Assembly (NCBI RefSeq): GCF_018977255.1
Contig: NW_024704757.1
Location: 7,378,001-7,442,000 of the forward strand
Direction: 5' to 3'
From: Callorhinchus milii
Taxonomy: Eukaryota
DNA: 64,000 nt
Part shown: one piece after another, positions 1 to 13,881 of the stretch
Position numbering within the stretch: the stretch's first letter is position 1
How the letters are laid out: every line of letters starts with the position of its first letter
Position numbers and translations under genes: made by a program
Notes under the pieces: model-generated
What the model saw: the letters and a program-made list of their open reading frames with translations, nothing else
Databases searched by the model: none
Told to the model about the DNA's origin: nothing

Positions 1-1122
1 AAGCAGGGAGTTGGCCTAGTTGAGCATAGATGTGATGAACGGGTGATACAAGTTTCTCATAGCATGAATTGAACTAGAGGTTGGTATGCAGATGTCCTTA
101 TAGTTGTACACCATTATTCAGTGGCTATGGTTGAAATTTCTGGAATTCCAGAACATCACCCACCACAATCATCATAACCTTTCTTCTAATGCTGCTTCCT
201 GGAATTCCTACTTAGAATGATCTCTGTACAAAGAAGTGACAACCAGCAGCAAATGTTAACCCAACTGCAAACAATCTGTTTGTACATTCTGAAACCTCTA
301 ATACTGTAGTTAACTCAACCTCAACACAACAGACATAAGAACATAAGACGTTATATCTTCTGTGCACAAGATTTCTAAAGTTGGATCAGAATTACATGCA
401 TTAAGAAAGAACATTACTAAATTCAGACCCTTTTAAATGCACAAAACAAAATTTTAATATTGTTTGCATGCCTATTCTGTGATACAGAGATCAATTTTCA
501 GAAATTAACAATTGCTGGCTCCTTATGCACAACGCTTACTAATCATCTGGCTAAAAAGTATGCAATACAGCATTGAAACAAACTTGGTTAAAAAAAGACA
601 TTTAAAGCCAGTGAAATGTCTAGGCATTGCTGAATGACATGGTTTAATCACAGATGCCGTTGGGTCAATGATTCCTTTCCATCTGTCAAAAAAACAGGAA
701 GAGAACTTCTGAATGAATATACTGTACTTATCAGTGACCATGCAACCTCACAGCAGCCAGACACACAAACTCCCAATATTTCCACTCAAGTCCTTATTTG
801 CGAACATACTTGTGAAGAAAGTACACCTACTACTGTTAGTAGGCCTACTACTGTCTTACATTCTTGGAGACGCAGGGAATTTACCTGCATGGACTTTTAT
901 CACCCATTTCAACTCTTGCTTTGTCGGGTCATCTAAACCCCTCGGACTGTGACACATCCTGCAACTCTACACAGTTTCACTGCTGAATTAGATTATTAAC
1001 CAAAACAAATGAGGAGTTGTGTCCACAGGAACCTACATCCATTGTTGCCATTTGCTGCCCTCCCCGCCGGCCATTGTTCACTCAAACTGATCAGAATTCA
1101 CTTTATTTATTTATACTCATTT

Positions 1123-1190
1123 TTTATTTCCCTGCAATTAAAAATGTGAATTCTGATCAGAATTCACATTTTTAATTGCAGGGAAATAAA
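1123..1190. repeat. Perfect 68-bp palindrome
   Basis: TTTATTTCCCTGCAATTAAAAATGTGAATTCTGA|TCAGAATTCACATTTTTAATTGCAGGGAAATAAA, no spacer. Confidence 0.95.
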
Positions 1191-4100
1191 GAGTGTAAGT
1201 ATTTTAATGACATTTCATCTCGACTCGTACCTACAGCTCAAAGTTTAAGAAAACAACAGATATGTCCAAACTATTGACTGATAAAGAACAACAAGATTAC
1301 AAAACGTTTGGCCAGGACACCGGGAGAATTCCTTGCTCTTTTATAATCCAACATTAGAAGTAAAATTTGAAAGACATGGTCTTTACTTGCAGAATACATT
1401 AACACTGTTTTTCTCTTCAACGTTCCAGGCAAAGAATACTGAAAGCAACTTAAGTAAATGATTCTAGACTAAAATTAAATCGTGCCATCTCAGCCCTAAA
1501 TACTGCTCAGCTCACGAGTGAATATTTTGCTCTGTGACCGACTCAGAATGTTTGGAATTAATTGCTGCGCAAGAAGAAATAATAATGATAATAATAATCC
1601 TTGCATTTGATATAGCGCCTTATCACATCTTTGAGACGCCTCAAAGGCGTTTCACAGAATATAATGTAAAGTGAATCGACTGTATATTTTGCGAAACAAA
1701 AAAGTCTGATGCGTTTCAGAATCCAGCAGCCAATACAACGCTGACTGCGCTATGGTACCAACACTCTTTTGAGTCAATGGTCAGGCTGTCTAATGGGGAA
1801 GTACGGCCCAGGATCTAACAACTATGGAGGAAATAAAATCCACTTCCAGTTTCCAGAGACAAAACAGTACAATCCAGATTTGCAAGTTAAATGTATATCA
1901 AACTGTAGGGTGATTTCCTTGGCATTGTTTACATTTTGGTGTCTTTCAAAAAGCACAGATCGGGGGCACTCTTATTCAGCGCCACGCTTAGAATGACATG
2001 TTTAACGTTTACAGATTAGAAAACGTCCACGAAAAAAAATTACAGAACATTTGGAGAACTTTTGAAACAAAGAATCATCGCGGCTGTAGTCACGTTACTG
2101 TGCTCACAAGACTTATGCACCAAACTCTTATTTTAAAATCATCAGCTTTAAGATTCAATTGCTTTGAAGCGCTGGCCTCCGGAGCAGCCGGCTGCAGGGC
2201 TTTCCTTATTCATTACTGAGGTTCTACACGACAGTCAGGAGTGGTAAACAGAACACTTTTATTTGGTAAAATGAGGCAAAAATGTTACCGCTTGCCCTTT
2301 CACGGGTCAAAACAACAAAATGAACAAGGACCAGAACACGCTAGCCTCTCATACCGAGGTGGCTTGAAACATACAGCATAAGTTGCACTAACATCTATAT
2401 ACTGTACCTCAACAGAGACTACAAGCAATATGTTGGTTTATATCCACTTACTATAAAATGTAAAGCTGTTGAATAAATACCACAGGATCTTTTTACATAA
2501 ATCTCAGCATCGCAGAATCAACTCCAAACCCTCTCTAAATCCTTGACTACAACAATTTGGGGGGCTTCATTCAACAAATCAAAACCAGTCTGGTGCTGGC
2601 TTGATTCAAGAAATCTGATGTTTAAAGATTATTGACTTTACTTCAATTTTCCTCTTCACTGGTGTATCAGTCCGTCCTCCCCCCCCCCCCCCCCCCGCTT
2701 CCCTTCCCAAAGGGGGGGGGGGAAATGATGATGACAACTGATACACAAGTGCAGAGGGAAAAAGAAAACTCAGCTGATAGAAATGAAAAAAGTTTCAGAT
2801 ACAAGCAATCTCGACTTCAATAGGTTGGGGGGAGGGTTATATATAAATATCAGTCAGATTTTCTAATCTGTAAAACACTCTTGACCACTATTAACAACCC
2901 CAACTAAACGTGAACATGTGTGCATACATGTTGAAGACAGGGTTCAGCTCAAACTGCAATGGCTGCTGAGGTCAAATAGGCCAGAGGCACGGAACTTGAA
3001 TTATCACTTGGGCAAATGCACTGAAACAGTCAAAACTGGTATAATACGACACACTCGATCAAATCAAAGTTCCAGTGGTTTCATTGAGAAATCAGAACTC
3101 TACCATCATTAAAATTACAGCACATCTGCCCACCAAAAGTGATAACAAACATTGACGCCCTCTCTATCGCTGGTTCACTCTTCATACCTAGCCTGTTGAT
3201 CAACATTTAGTTCTTCCTCTTGTCCCATAAAATGTCGCACTGCTCTTGGCTCGTTATGTCTCAATCTCACCAGGCTTTGATCTCAGCTCACGGTCACAGG
3301 ACACCAGTGATGCACTCTAATAGCCTTTAGTATCAGAACTTGCACTTCAAACAAACAAGATGTTTCAGCTTTTTCGGCAACTCCCCCACAATTGCTTTCT
3401 TTAAACTTTTCCACTTGTCAGTGCACTTGTGGTATGTGAGACACAATGGACTTGGTTTACAGAGAGAAATTAGTGGTGCTCATGTAAACCACCTACACCA
3501 TATGCGCTCATAGATTTGGCACCCATCATTCAGTGTTTTTTTTAGAAAAAAACTACCAAGCCTCATTGCGATATTGTGAAAGGCACTATATGAATATAAA
3601 GTTACCGTAAGTCTCATCTATCTGTCATAAACACTGCAATTACAGCAGAACTTCAGAATTTGAAGCTATTTCCCCATTTTGCCACCACGTGAATCATGTG
3701 AAACAAGGATACTGCCTTCCTGTTTCAGGCATTCAGAACTTCTATTTTACTCCATCTCTATATCAGCCGAGAGAGCTTTCAACCTGACCAGAAGTCAAGA
3801 GAGACCACTGCTAATTCAAACTCGAGGGACTCAAAGGTTCTATTCTGTCACAAAAAAGCTACTGCAGGACTTATACCTGAACTAGGTCATCTCCTCTCAG
3901 TGTACACCTACTGACTCCAGCTCCACACCTCAGTGGTCTCTCAAGCATGCAGACCCACAGAGGCTTCAAGTTCACTTACTGAGCTATGCTGAAATAGAAG
4001 ATTTGTCAGGACAGTTGTGGGCACTATAACAACAACAAATGACATTTGTATAGCGCCTATAAAGACGAGAGGTCATCCCAAGCCGCTGGAAGGTCAAGCA

Positions 4101-5071
4101 AGGGAGGAGGGCAGGGAAAGTAGGGGTACGAGGGTGACAATTGCCTCCAGTATTCTGGCTAGGTGGTGGTGGTGGGAGTTCTTCCTCTGACCTACAAATT
4201 CCTTCATACCCTAGCACCTCCCTCTCTCTCCCTGTAAAGGTGCTACAAATGTCCTCAGTTCCCTTTTGGGAGGTCAAACAAAATATTGGTCTATCACTTG
4301 GTATCTGGTAACCCCTTGCCAAAAGATGCACTTGATGACATCAGCCAAGGACAGGATAATGATGACGGCTAGAATGATGTTCAGTCATACAGCCTGCTGA
4401 CTGACAACCACTGTCTGGAATCACATGTAAAACAGATACTTAAACAAGGTACTATCGGGTATCATCTACCAGTGTCTCAACCTTTTCATATCTGACAGAA
4501 AAGTGAAGATACCTACAAATGTCTTAATTTAAATTACATGGCCGAAAGAAGGGTGGTCATAATTTCAGTTTCTCAACTCAAGAGTACATAAATATCAAGT
4601 TGCCAGGCAGCATAAATCCTACTTTACAGCCACAAGGATAAGATCAGTTATTACTACATTTTATTCTTTCACAGATTTTTAGAAGAGAAAACATTCTCAT
4701 GCCAAGATGAAACTTTGGAAGAGGATCTGAAGGAGCAAGTTTGTGCTTGAATCCTTATTCAGATTTAGCACACCACACAAGATGGTGAACAGAGCACTTA
4801 ACAAAAATATCTCTCATCACATTTACAAGGTCTTTAACTGAGTTCAGGTATGAGGAGTCTCTGTATGCTTCTTTCACATGGTTGTCAGTCTGTGGTAAGG
4901 TTTGGCCAGTACTCATTTTACCTCTCTGCATCTTAATTTCTTATATTTGTTCTGTTGCAAGCTTCATTTTTCTTTGCGTTGAATTCTCTTATTTTCGCAA
5001 GCGTTTTTGATGCATTAAATTTCTCAAAATGGTTTTACCTCAGAAGACCCGTTTAAAAAAAGTTAAACTAT

Positions 5072-5464
5072 TTCCCAGATGACATTAATGCAAATGTTAA
5101 ATATTAAGATAAGGAAACTTCTACAACTCTATCCATACACACATTTCAATTCATTTTCAATAAATAAAACATCATGACTGACTTCCAATTATATTGCAAT
5201 TATTTTGGCTGCTATACAGAATTGAGGCTTGTGGTTATAACCTATGCTTTTGCATCTCCACAGAAAAATATTGAAAACACAACTGCGTGGGAAATAATTG
5301 GGCTCCAACCACCTTAACATACGTGCTGCTTCATTGAAAAAAGGCAAAGGTGTAACATCTCACTTGTAACATACAAGGCAGACATAGTGAAATGTGTGCA
5401 TGGATAGAGTTGGAGAAGTTTCCTTATTTTAATATTTAACATTTGCATTAATGTCATCTGGGAA
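5072..5464. repeat. 77-bp inverted repeat (5072-5148 / 5388-5464)
   Basis: Three mismatches by manual comparison; 239-bp spacer. Confidence 0.9.
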
Positions 5465-6284
5465 GGCACCTTGTAGAAGGATGGTAATCGAAAACTGTGT
5501 GTAGTGTCGTCATTGGCCTTAGTGTATGGATACAACATAGTAATTGGATGGAGTGCTACACTTAAGAGTTTGCTTTTAATGTTACGTGATATACAAGTCA
5601 TTGCCTCCAAATTGCTCTCCCAACCATCACTGCTGCAACATTTCACACACAATTCTCTCTCCAGACCCAAGACAATCTATAAATACATTGCTATCAGTTT
5701 TAGCACAGCTCAGGTGGCCATGGTGTGAACATTTCACACGCCTGCCATGGTGTCTTACTGAATTCTTAATAATAACCTAGCAATGCACAGACCAGAGATC
5801 ACAGAAGTCCTTCCAGCGGCTCCAAAGTAAAAAATGAAATATATAAATATATACACACACATCTCGTTCTCATACATTTCTACATTAGATTGCCAAAGAT
5901 TTTATTTTCCTTCTTGAATTTGCTGACATAATCTGCCACTCGGAGTTCTTAACTTACTCATCACACGGTAAAACCTGCAACTCGAAACCGCTTAACAATA
6001 GAGCCACTGTGTGCCATCAACACCAACATGGCCTCGATCCCTCCCACCACCCTCCCCACACCAAACCATCTACTGCACCCTTCTGTTTAGTTTCCTAAAG
6101 AAAACTCCCCAATCACTCACAATCAAAATCTACCATTCTAATTCTATTCAACAGAAAGATGTTACCCAACTATTAATTGGAAGTCTCAACCCTTGTACTT
6201 TTCATAAATCTTGGCTAGAAACTTGCATTTTCTGTATTCAACAAAGGAAAAAATATTGCACCACCAAACTCTAACTTCATTAAA

Positions 6285-6705
6285 CTCCATTACACCAGTC
6301 CTTGTCAAACTCCATTGGCTCCCTGTCACAGAGCAGATCGATTTAAAGATCCTCACTCTTGTATTTAAATCCTTTCACATCCTGGCACCCGCCTTGCTCT
6401 CCAACCTGTTCTCTTCCTACACTCCTACCCGCTGCCTCTGCTCAATTGGCTCCGGCCTCGACCCGACCCTCCGCCCCACCATCAGCAGCCATGCTTTCAG
6501 CCTCTCTGCTCCAAAGCTGTGGAACTCTCTCCTTCAATCCCTTCACCTTGCCCTCTCTCTCCCCATTTTCAGGTCGCGCTAGAAGACCTCGTTCTTCGAA
6601 TGTGCCTACGGCCACCTTCCCCCTCCCCTGGCTCAGCATTGGGCTCCGCCAATGTTAACCGCTCCGAGACGCTGTCCGACGTAAATAAATGCAATTTGTT
6701 GTTGA
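6285..6705 (+). mobile_element. L2-clade LINE 3' fragment
   Basis: Encodes ITPVLVKLHWLPVTEQIDLKILTLVFKS...AFSLSAPKLWNSL, typical of the L2 ORF2 C-terminus. Ends in AAATGCAA(TTG)n. Confidence 0.8.
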
Positions 6706-9485
6706 TCGTATCACTTAGCTCCATCACTGTATTACATTTGCAGATATTTTACACTCAGCAGGTTCATTAGAAATTCTGATTTTTTTTTCTTTCAAAACAA
6801 TCTGCAAAAGGATATTCTATGGGACGGAGTTTTAAAAAAAAATCCAATTAGACAGGTGGCGGAGGGGTTCTGAGAAAGGGGGCTGCTGACATTCACAAAC
6901 TGCTTGAGGCTTATCCTTGTAGTTTAAGATATTATTAGTACTGCTCCACTGAGTTACTCCCTCACTGCCAACCACCCATTAATGTAGATTGAATTACATC
7001 TTCCTTACTGGTTTCTACACAATTTACCAGTTTTATTCAACACGTCTTTGTTCTGCCTCTCAGGCCTCCTTCACCATTTTTAAACTGGCTCATCAGTCAG
7101 CTGACAGCACAATGATAAACACAGCATGTGATGGAACTCAGCCTCACAGGCCAAGATGGTCCCAAATTCAATCTCTGACCCGTGAGTTAACCAAATTGAG
7201 CAAATAAATACATTCAAGAGATAACTAGATCTGTTTCCTGAAAAAAAATGATTGAAGGACACCTTGAGAGGCAAGTGAGGTTGAGATCAACCAAACGATT
7301 GCAGGTCTGCAAAGTCAAGTAATTCTTTCCTGTGTTCCTATAATCAGTTGTAGGGAAGACTGATGATCTCAAGCAGAGAATCCAGCATCTTCTTATTGGA
7401 AGCTTTCAATCATCACTCCTTTTGAACAAATGCTAAAACTGCAGCTTTGAAATGACCGATTACTGTAACTCACCCACACTTACGTTTGTAACCCTCAGTG
7501 GGTCTCGAAAGCACTTCACAGGAATTACTGTCAAGTACTGTGTAGTGACCGAATTTTGGAGGTGAATTCTACAGCCAATATGCGCACAGCAATGTCCCCC
7601 AAACAATCATGAAGTAACTGACCTATTATTTAAAAATCAAAATCATTTGAGAAGCTAATTCCATTTTACTGATTTTAAATGCATACTTTTTATTATGCAA
7701 ATATAACTGTAAGATGACACAGAGCAGCGTATACGCCGATATAGCTATCACAAAATCTAGTCAATTTGTCAGATTGTCAGCAGTTAACAAAATGCATCCA
7801 CTGACTAAGTTTATCAGTTTCATTCTGAGAATTCAGCTATAGTCACTGAGTTTGTAGCAGGATATTGTACTTAAACAGATTAAAAATTAACAGATTAGCA
7901 TTCACAATTGTAAGCATGATATTTATGGGTTCAAACCTAACACAATCTTCAGTTTAACAACACTTCAACAGAATTTTTTTTAAAAATTACATGTGGAGCT
8001 TTTTAAACAAAAGCTTACTGTTGTCTTTACATTTCAAAACTATCTGTCTTTTCTCTCAAAAGCGCAGGTGACCTGCTCATCTCCAACTAGGTCAGTCTGT
8101 AACTAGGAAGTACTTAAATACAAGCTCTCCAAATTATTTCAACTCTACTCAACAGCCCAACCAAGATTAAACTGTAAACAGCAGCATTGAACAGTCTTGC
8201 TTGAAAGCAACCAGTTATTTAAAAGATATCAGGGATTCATCAATATATATTATATAATATATATCATAACAGGCAAATGTGTGCATTTTGAAAGAAAGAA
8301 CAGTTTTGGTACCGACGGATTTTTAAAAAGGTCATTAAGTGGCAACTGCCTTACAAAATAAATGGCTTTATCCAAAGAAAAGGCTGCTTTGGAATAAAAT
8401 TCACAACATGTCCTAAGGTTTAATCCTTTCAGATTTGATATAATAAAATTCATTGCGACAGGCTTCAAACAGGATTGCATTTGTAGAATCCACCACACAC
8501 TGACATTTACACATCGAATTACATCAATGTAAACTGGGTGAGTAAATAACTCACAACACTTGTTTAAGGTCTAGCCCCACCCCCTTCAGAATTCAGCGAC
8601 ATCCATAGTATTTAACCAATTACTTAACTAAATCCAGCTGCAAGGAAATGAATAAGAGGGGGAGGTAGCTCTACTTATCGAGCCTACTCCACCAGCCATA
8701 CATTAGCTTTCACAACACTTTTGTTTACTGAGAAGTCCAGCCCATCATGTACTATATCAACACAACTGAAAAGCCCATGCTGCTTCCTGACTTGCTGAGT
8801 GCCTGTCTCTTCTACAGGAGGCTTTTTAAGAGTGACTCAAGATATTATTCAGGGAGCAGGCGTAGTTGAACTGCAAGATGGTAGTGATAACAGCACAACA
8901 TTAAATCTGACTTGGGAAAACGGCAAGATCAGGTAGACTTCAGAGGTGTGAGGGGGTGAACTTAAAAACAGACTGGGGGGGGGGTAGGGGAGAAGAGAAA
9001 AGAAGAAGTGAAGTAGTAAAAATGAATGGACATCCTTCAAAAACATTATGTGGAGTATGTAAGATCAAAACACAAGTGCAGCAGAGCACATAATACCCAA
9101 ATATTCCAGATTGATCAACAGAAAAATGAAAAAAGAAAATTTAGAAAAGATTTACAACTTCAGGGTCAGATTCGCAGCAGCTAAAATATCTACAGGAAAT
9201 ACAAGTTCTTCTTGGATGAATATTCCACTTTCAAAGATGTTCCACCCTGCTGCTACCAGAGGTGCTGTGCTGGCTGTCAATGTTATTTCTGTCTGGAAGT
9301 GGACCGAGTCGAGCTGTCAGCCAACTTTCTAGGCCATGCGAATGCAGCCTTTTGCATCGTTAGCCTGTACGAACAGCAACAACAACTTGTATTCATGCAG
9401 CTACCTTCACACAGAGCAACATCTTGGAACACCTTACAGAAATGGTGTTGGATACTGATTAGGGAGGAGGTGACCATGGTCAAAA

Positions 9486-9847
9486 ATAACAATAATCCTT
9501 GCATTTGATATATGTCCACTTTTCACATCTTCTAGACATCTCAAACAATTTCACAGAAGAAAAAGTGAATTGACTGTATATTTGTGGGCGGAACACGACA
9601 GCCAATTGCGCACAGCACTGTCCCACAATCAATTGTGGATTAAGTGACCAAATTATCTTTTTTTTCTTGAGGGATTATTATTCCCAGAAAAGCAATCTGC
9701 CAATCAACTAACAACCGGGTTCCTACTTACTGCTAGATAAACAGTGGCGTGTGGAGTAAGGAAACTTTCCCAACGTTTTGCCCTGCCCCGAAATTGAACC
9801 CAGGTCCTCTCACTTGCAAGTGGTCTAACTACTGAGCTCAGGACTCC
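9486..9847 (-). mobile_element. tRNA-headed SINE with Deu-domain-like body and (ATT)n tail
   Basis: Reverse complement of the family seen at 51667 and 28526. Confidence 0.8.
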
Positions 9848-11439
9848 ACATAATGGCTGACTGTCCATGTTGGGGCAAAGGGGTGTTCAGCAAACCAGAG
9901 ATTGCCGAGTGAAGACGGCAAGCAGAAGTGCGAGACTGGAGAATATCACTTTGGTAGGAAGGTGCAAATCGTGAAGGGCTTTGGAAGTGAAGGTGAGAAT
10001 CTTAAATCAATTCAGTAGGAGACTGGAAGCCTGGGGAGGACATGGGCGTTCAACTGTAAGAAACTTCATGTATCCGATTCTCAGTGATTGGGGTAAAATT
10101 AAAATCACAACTACGAAACATCTGCACATGTTCAGGAGCATGTTCTACTTTGCTTCTAGGACTATAAATTCCACCAGTATTACATGTAAAGAGGGAATTT
10201 AGAACCAGTAGCCAAAGCCATTTCTCAAGCGATTCTGAGATATCCTGCAGCATAATAGCCCACTGCTCAGTGATTCCAGGAGCTCTAAAGCCATTACACT
10301 TTGACACTCAAGTCAGAACTGAAACACCGACACATCAGTCTCCCCAATCAGTGATGAAAAGAACTTTTACATGAAATCTCTGGCAATTTGTTATAGTTCA
10401 TATGAATAGAAACGTTATGTGAGCTCTCTAGTAAACACGACTCAACAACTACTGTCTGTTATCTTTACTTATCATGGTTAATTTTAGAATGTACCCAAAA
10501 AACTACTTAAAGGGGAAATAAACCTCAAGAGAAGTAACTTTTGTTCAAAGTATTTCCAATGAGATCTGGAGCATTTTGAAACATTGCTATAACTCAGCAC
10601 TTTCCTTGTCGTCCTCGTCTGAACTAAGCTAAGTGAATTCAGTCAGGCAGACAGATGGTTAACGTATTCCAATACCATTAAGGTTAACTATATAAAGTTA
10701 CCTCCTGCCATCAATTTTCCCACCCTGCTGCAAGAAATCACTAAATTCCCTCATTCATATAATATACATAATGTAGGAACACAACCTAAAGAAGATGTTT
10801 AATATTTCTTCCGATTTTGTACTTGACAGGACTGAAGTTTTATTGGTACCAATGCTGAACGGGAACCAATGAAATAGAATGGAGCAATAGTCACTTAAAA
10901 GTTTCTCTGGACCTCAGAGCAAAAGGGGCTGGACAACAATTCTGACTCAAGCTCACCTGAAGTCTCAGCTATGTTTGCCCAAGGCTCTGGGTGTTGGTTT
11001 TCTACCTATACATTTTATGCACCTATATCATAATTCAGGTCTTCCCAACAAACGGGCAATGCCACAATTAGCTAAATTAGGCCATAATTAGTCCACATTG
11101 CTACAGGGTGATCCAGAAGTAGAGGACTCTTTTGAGGGGAAAAAAATTAAGACATACAAAAGTACATTTGAGACATTAATCCTTTACAATCCAAAAGCTT
11201 TCTAATGAAAATGTTAATTATGGATGGGTGCCATAAGTACAGTTGCACTTGCATTTTTACAAAAAAACAAATAAAAAAATTGCAAACTGATGGAACCTGG
11301 TCTTCTTTTGTCTAGCAATTCTTATGCCTCAAAGGACTTCACCAGGATTTTACCATAAAGCGTAGTGACTGTATCTGTAGGCAAATGGCTTAATTCCATA
11401 AACCTCAATAATCTTTACAATCCTCATATTCATTTGTAC

Positions 11440-11780
11440 ATACTGGTCCTTATCTAGGAGACCGAATACTACACAATATAGTCATAAGAACATAAAAATT
11501 GCTGACAAAAGAAGACCAAGGTCCATATAGTTCGCTTTCCACCATCCTGGCAGTCACTTGACAAGTCATGTTCTAAATTATATACTGTATCCTAAGATAT
11601 TATTTTCTGGCAGAAATCTATCTAATTTGTTCTTGAAACAAACAACACTTCCACCGTCTATCTCCTTAGGGAGCCTGTTCCATAAATTTACTACTCACTG
11701 AAGTAATGTTTCCGCAGATTTGTTCTTAATTTACCCCCTTCAATTGCAGGCCGTGTCCTCCGGTTCTACTGTTCAGTAGA
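11440..11780 (-). mobile_element. CR1-clade LINE 3' fragment
   Basis: Shares the CATAAGAACATAA terminus and the GCCTGTTCCA...TTTACCCCCTTCAAT body with the copies at about 40440 and 51420. Confidence 0.65.
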
Positions 11781-13177
11781 AGATAAAACATTCAGTAAAA
11801 TCTAAATAAATGTATTCCACTACAATCCACGAGGATCAACCATCGTGAAAATGAGCTGCAAGTTGGAATAGGTCTCATTTCCACCTGATTTTAAAAGATA
11901 CCAGAGGACAAATTATGACAACACTTTTATACTCTGCAGCCAGCTTCTAAGGGAGATTTTTCTGCATTCCTCCCCCCCCTTAAAGAAGATAGAATAATTT
12001 CTGACTTTACAACACTAGACAGGAAAAGCAATTAAAGGCCACATAATAAAATTGCTAGAGAAAGATGATAAAATCTTAAAATTAATCTTTTATTATTGTT
12101 CTGTGAATAAAGCAGTAAATATTTCAACAGTGGCTTTTAGAGAGAGGGCTGGAAGTTAAAAAATTAACATTATGCTTCAATATCAAAGTTATAATCAACA
12201 CCAGTGCACAACACATTCCAACATCAGCTAGTGAAAAAAATGTAACATTCCAAGTTTTCTTTTAGATTTACATCACGCTTCCAAGAAAAACTTCCTGGTT
12301 TAAAGTGAATGATATTTGGTGTCATGTTACATAAAACCTCAGTCAACATTCTCACAGAACAAACTGATATCTCATAAAAGAACTTTAGAGCCAAAGATTT
12401 TGTTTATTTCAGCATTTACAAGCTTAGGGAAAGGGGAAAAGAAAGTTAAACATTTCTCTCACCATTTCTGTTCCAATTATATTTGTTTTGGTTCTCCCCC
12501 TCCTTTCCAGAAAGAACTGTACTAAATGGTCATTCTGAATATGTTGAATAAACTGCATATCCATGGGAGGGGATAGAAAGCACTGATCCTATCCTTTCTC
12601 AACATTAACAGATTCTACAATAAATCTGTAGCCATGGCATCCAGGTTGAACACTCTTCACTGATAAACACTCAACTCGCTTCTACCTCAATCTAGTTTTT
12701 CATTCAGTGACCCAACCCACCATTAATTACGGGAGCTTTAACGGACTTTAAAACCCTTAAATTGTCCCAGACTAAGAATCCCCACTTTATCCAAGTGTAT
12801 CAGTAACCAACAAGACCAAAGCTACACACACATACAGATACACAAACATGGAACAAAATACCAGCAAATGATTTTTCAAGACTAATCTATACTCAAGAAT
12901 TGTGCTGATAGTTATCAACCTCTCATTTTCACTCTTGGAAACCTTCAGGTACATTACCACTTCTCAGATATAAAATTATTAAAAAAATTGATGTATCCAG
13001 CAGTCAAAATGACATAAATTTACCATGGTTTTAATAATAATTGCATTTGATATGGCACCTTATTGTGAATTAAATGCTTTTTTAAAAAAAAGTATAACCA
13101 AGTAAGAAAGTTAGATGTGTTAGAACATTCACCTACAAATAGTCACTACACTGTAAAGTAAACTTCTGTGAAAAATG

Positions 13178-13881
13178 TAATTGTGTTCCCCAGAGGCCCA
13201 GTGAGTTAATGCACTGCCGTATACACCAGACGCTTGCAATTCTATTCAGTGCCGAGTTAACTGATTTCAACCAGGCAGCAGTTAGGGGGCCACCAGAAGG
13301 TTGCAATTCTATTCTGTTAAATCTGGTGAAGCACTTTGAGACATGATAAGGTGCTATATCAAATGTAATGATTACTATTAACTGTGTGCTGAAATTTCAG
13401 CTTGTTGCAATTCACTCCATCAATTTCCTATCCTCCCAAAGTCAATTTTATTTTCTTTGTAGGTTTCAAAATTGCACAACAACAACTTGCTTTTATATAG
13501 CGGCCTTCATGCAGAGTAGTGTCTCACAGTACAAGCATTGACCTCCCTACAAGCACAATACCTCACCCAGTGCCCATTATTCATATGTGAGCCCCGACAG
13601 GGGGTTGGTAGACTTTAACCACAATGATGACACCACATCTGAACCTGACATCCTCCTCATTCAATGCCCACACTGATGCATGTGCCTTCCAATAGAAATA
13701 GAAATCAAGAGCAAGAAACCTGGCTAATTTTCTCCTCCCTAGCCCAGGGGGCACTGAAGCCACATGAGGCCCCCAAACTGTTGCCTGGTTGAAATCAGTT
13801 AACTCAGCACTGAATAGAATTGCAAGCATCTGGTGTATATGGCAGTGCATTAACTCACTAGACCTCTGGGGAACACAATTA
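13178..13881. repeat. 114-bp inverted repeat (13178-13291 / 13768-13881)
   Basis: About 7 mismatches by manual comparison. The right arm is part of an old SINE-like element. Confidence 0.88.

Noticed and set aside
523-960. Possible UNKL exon 3 or nested gene
   Set aside because: The expected CPYLHRTTGDTER motif is absent, the minus frames contain stops, and the plus ORFs have no recognisable domain.
3330-3450. Minus-strand peptide with CTDKWKSLKK resembling a Myb/SANT-like (Harbinger) motif
   Set aside because: It is too short, stop-bounded and lacks supporting flanking motifs. A tblastx or Dfam search would be needed.
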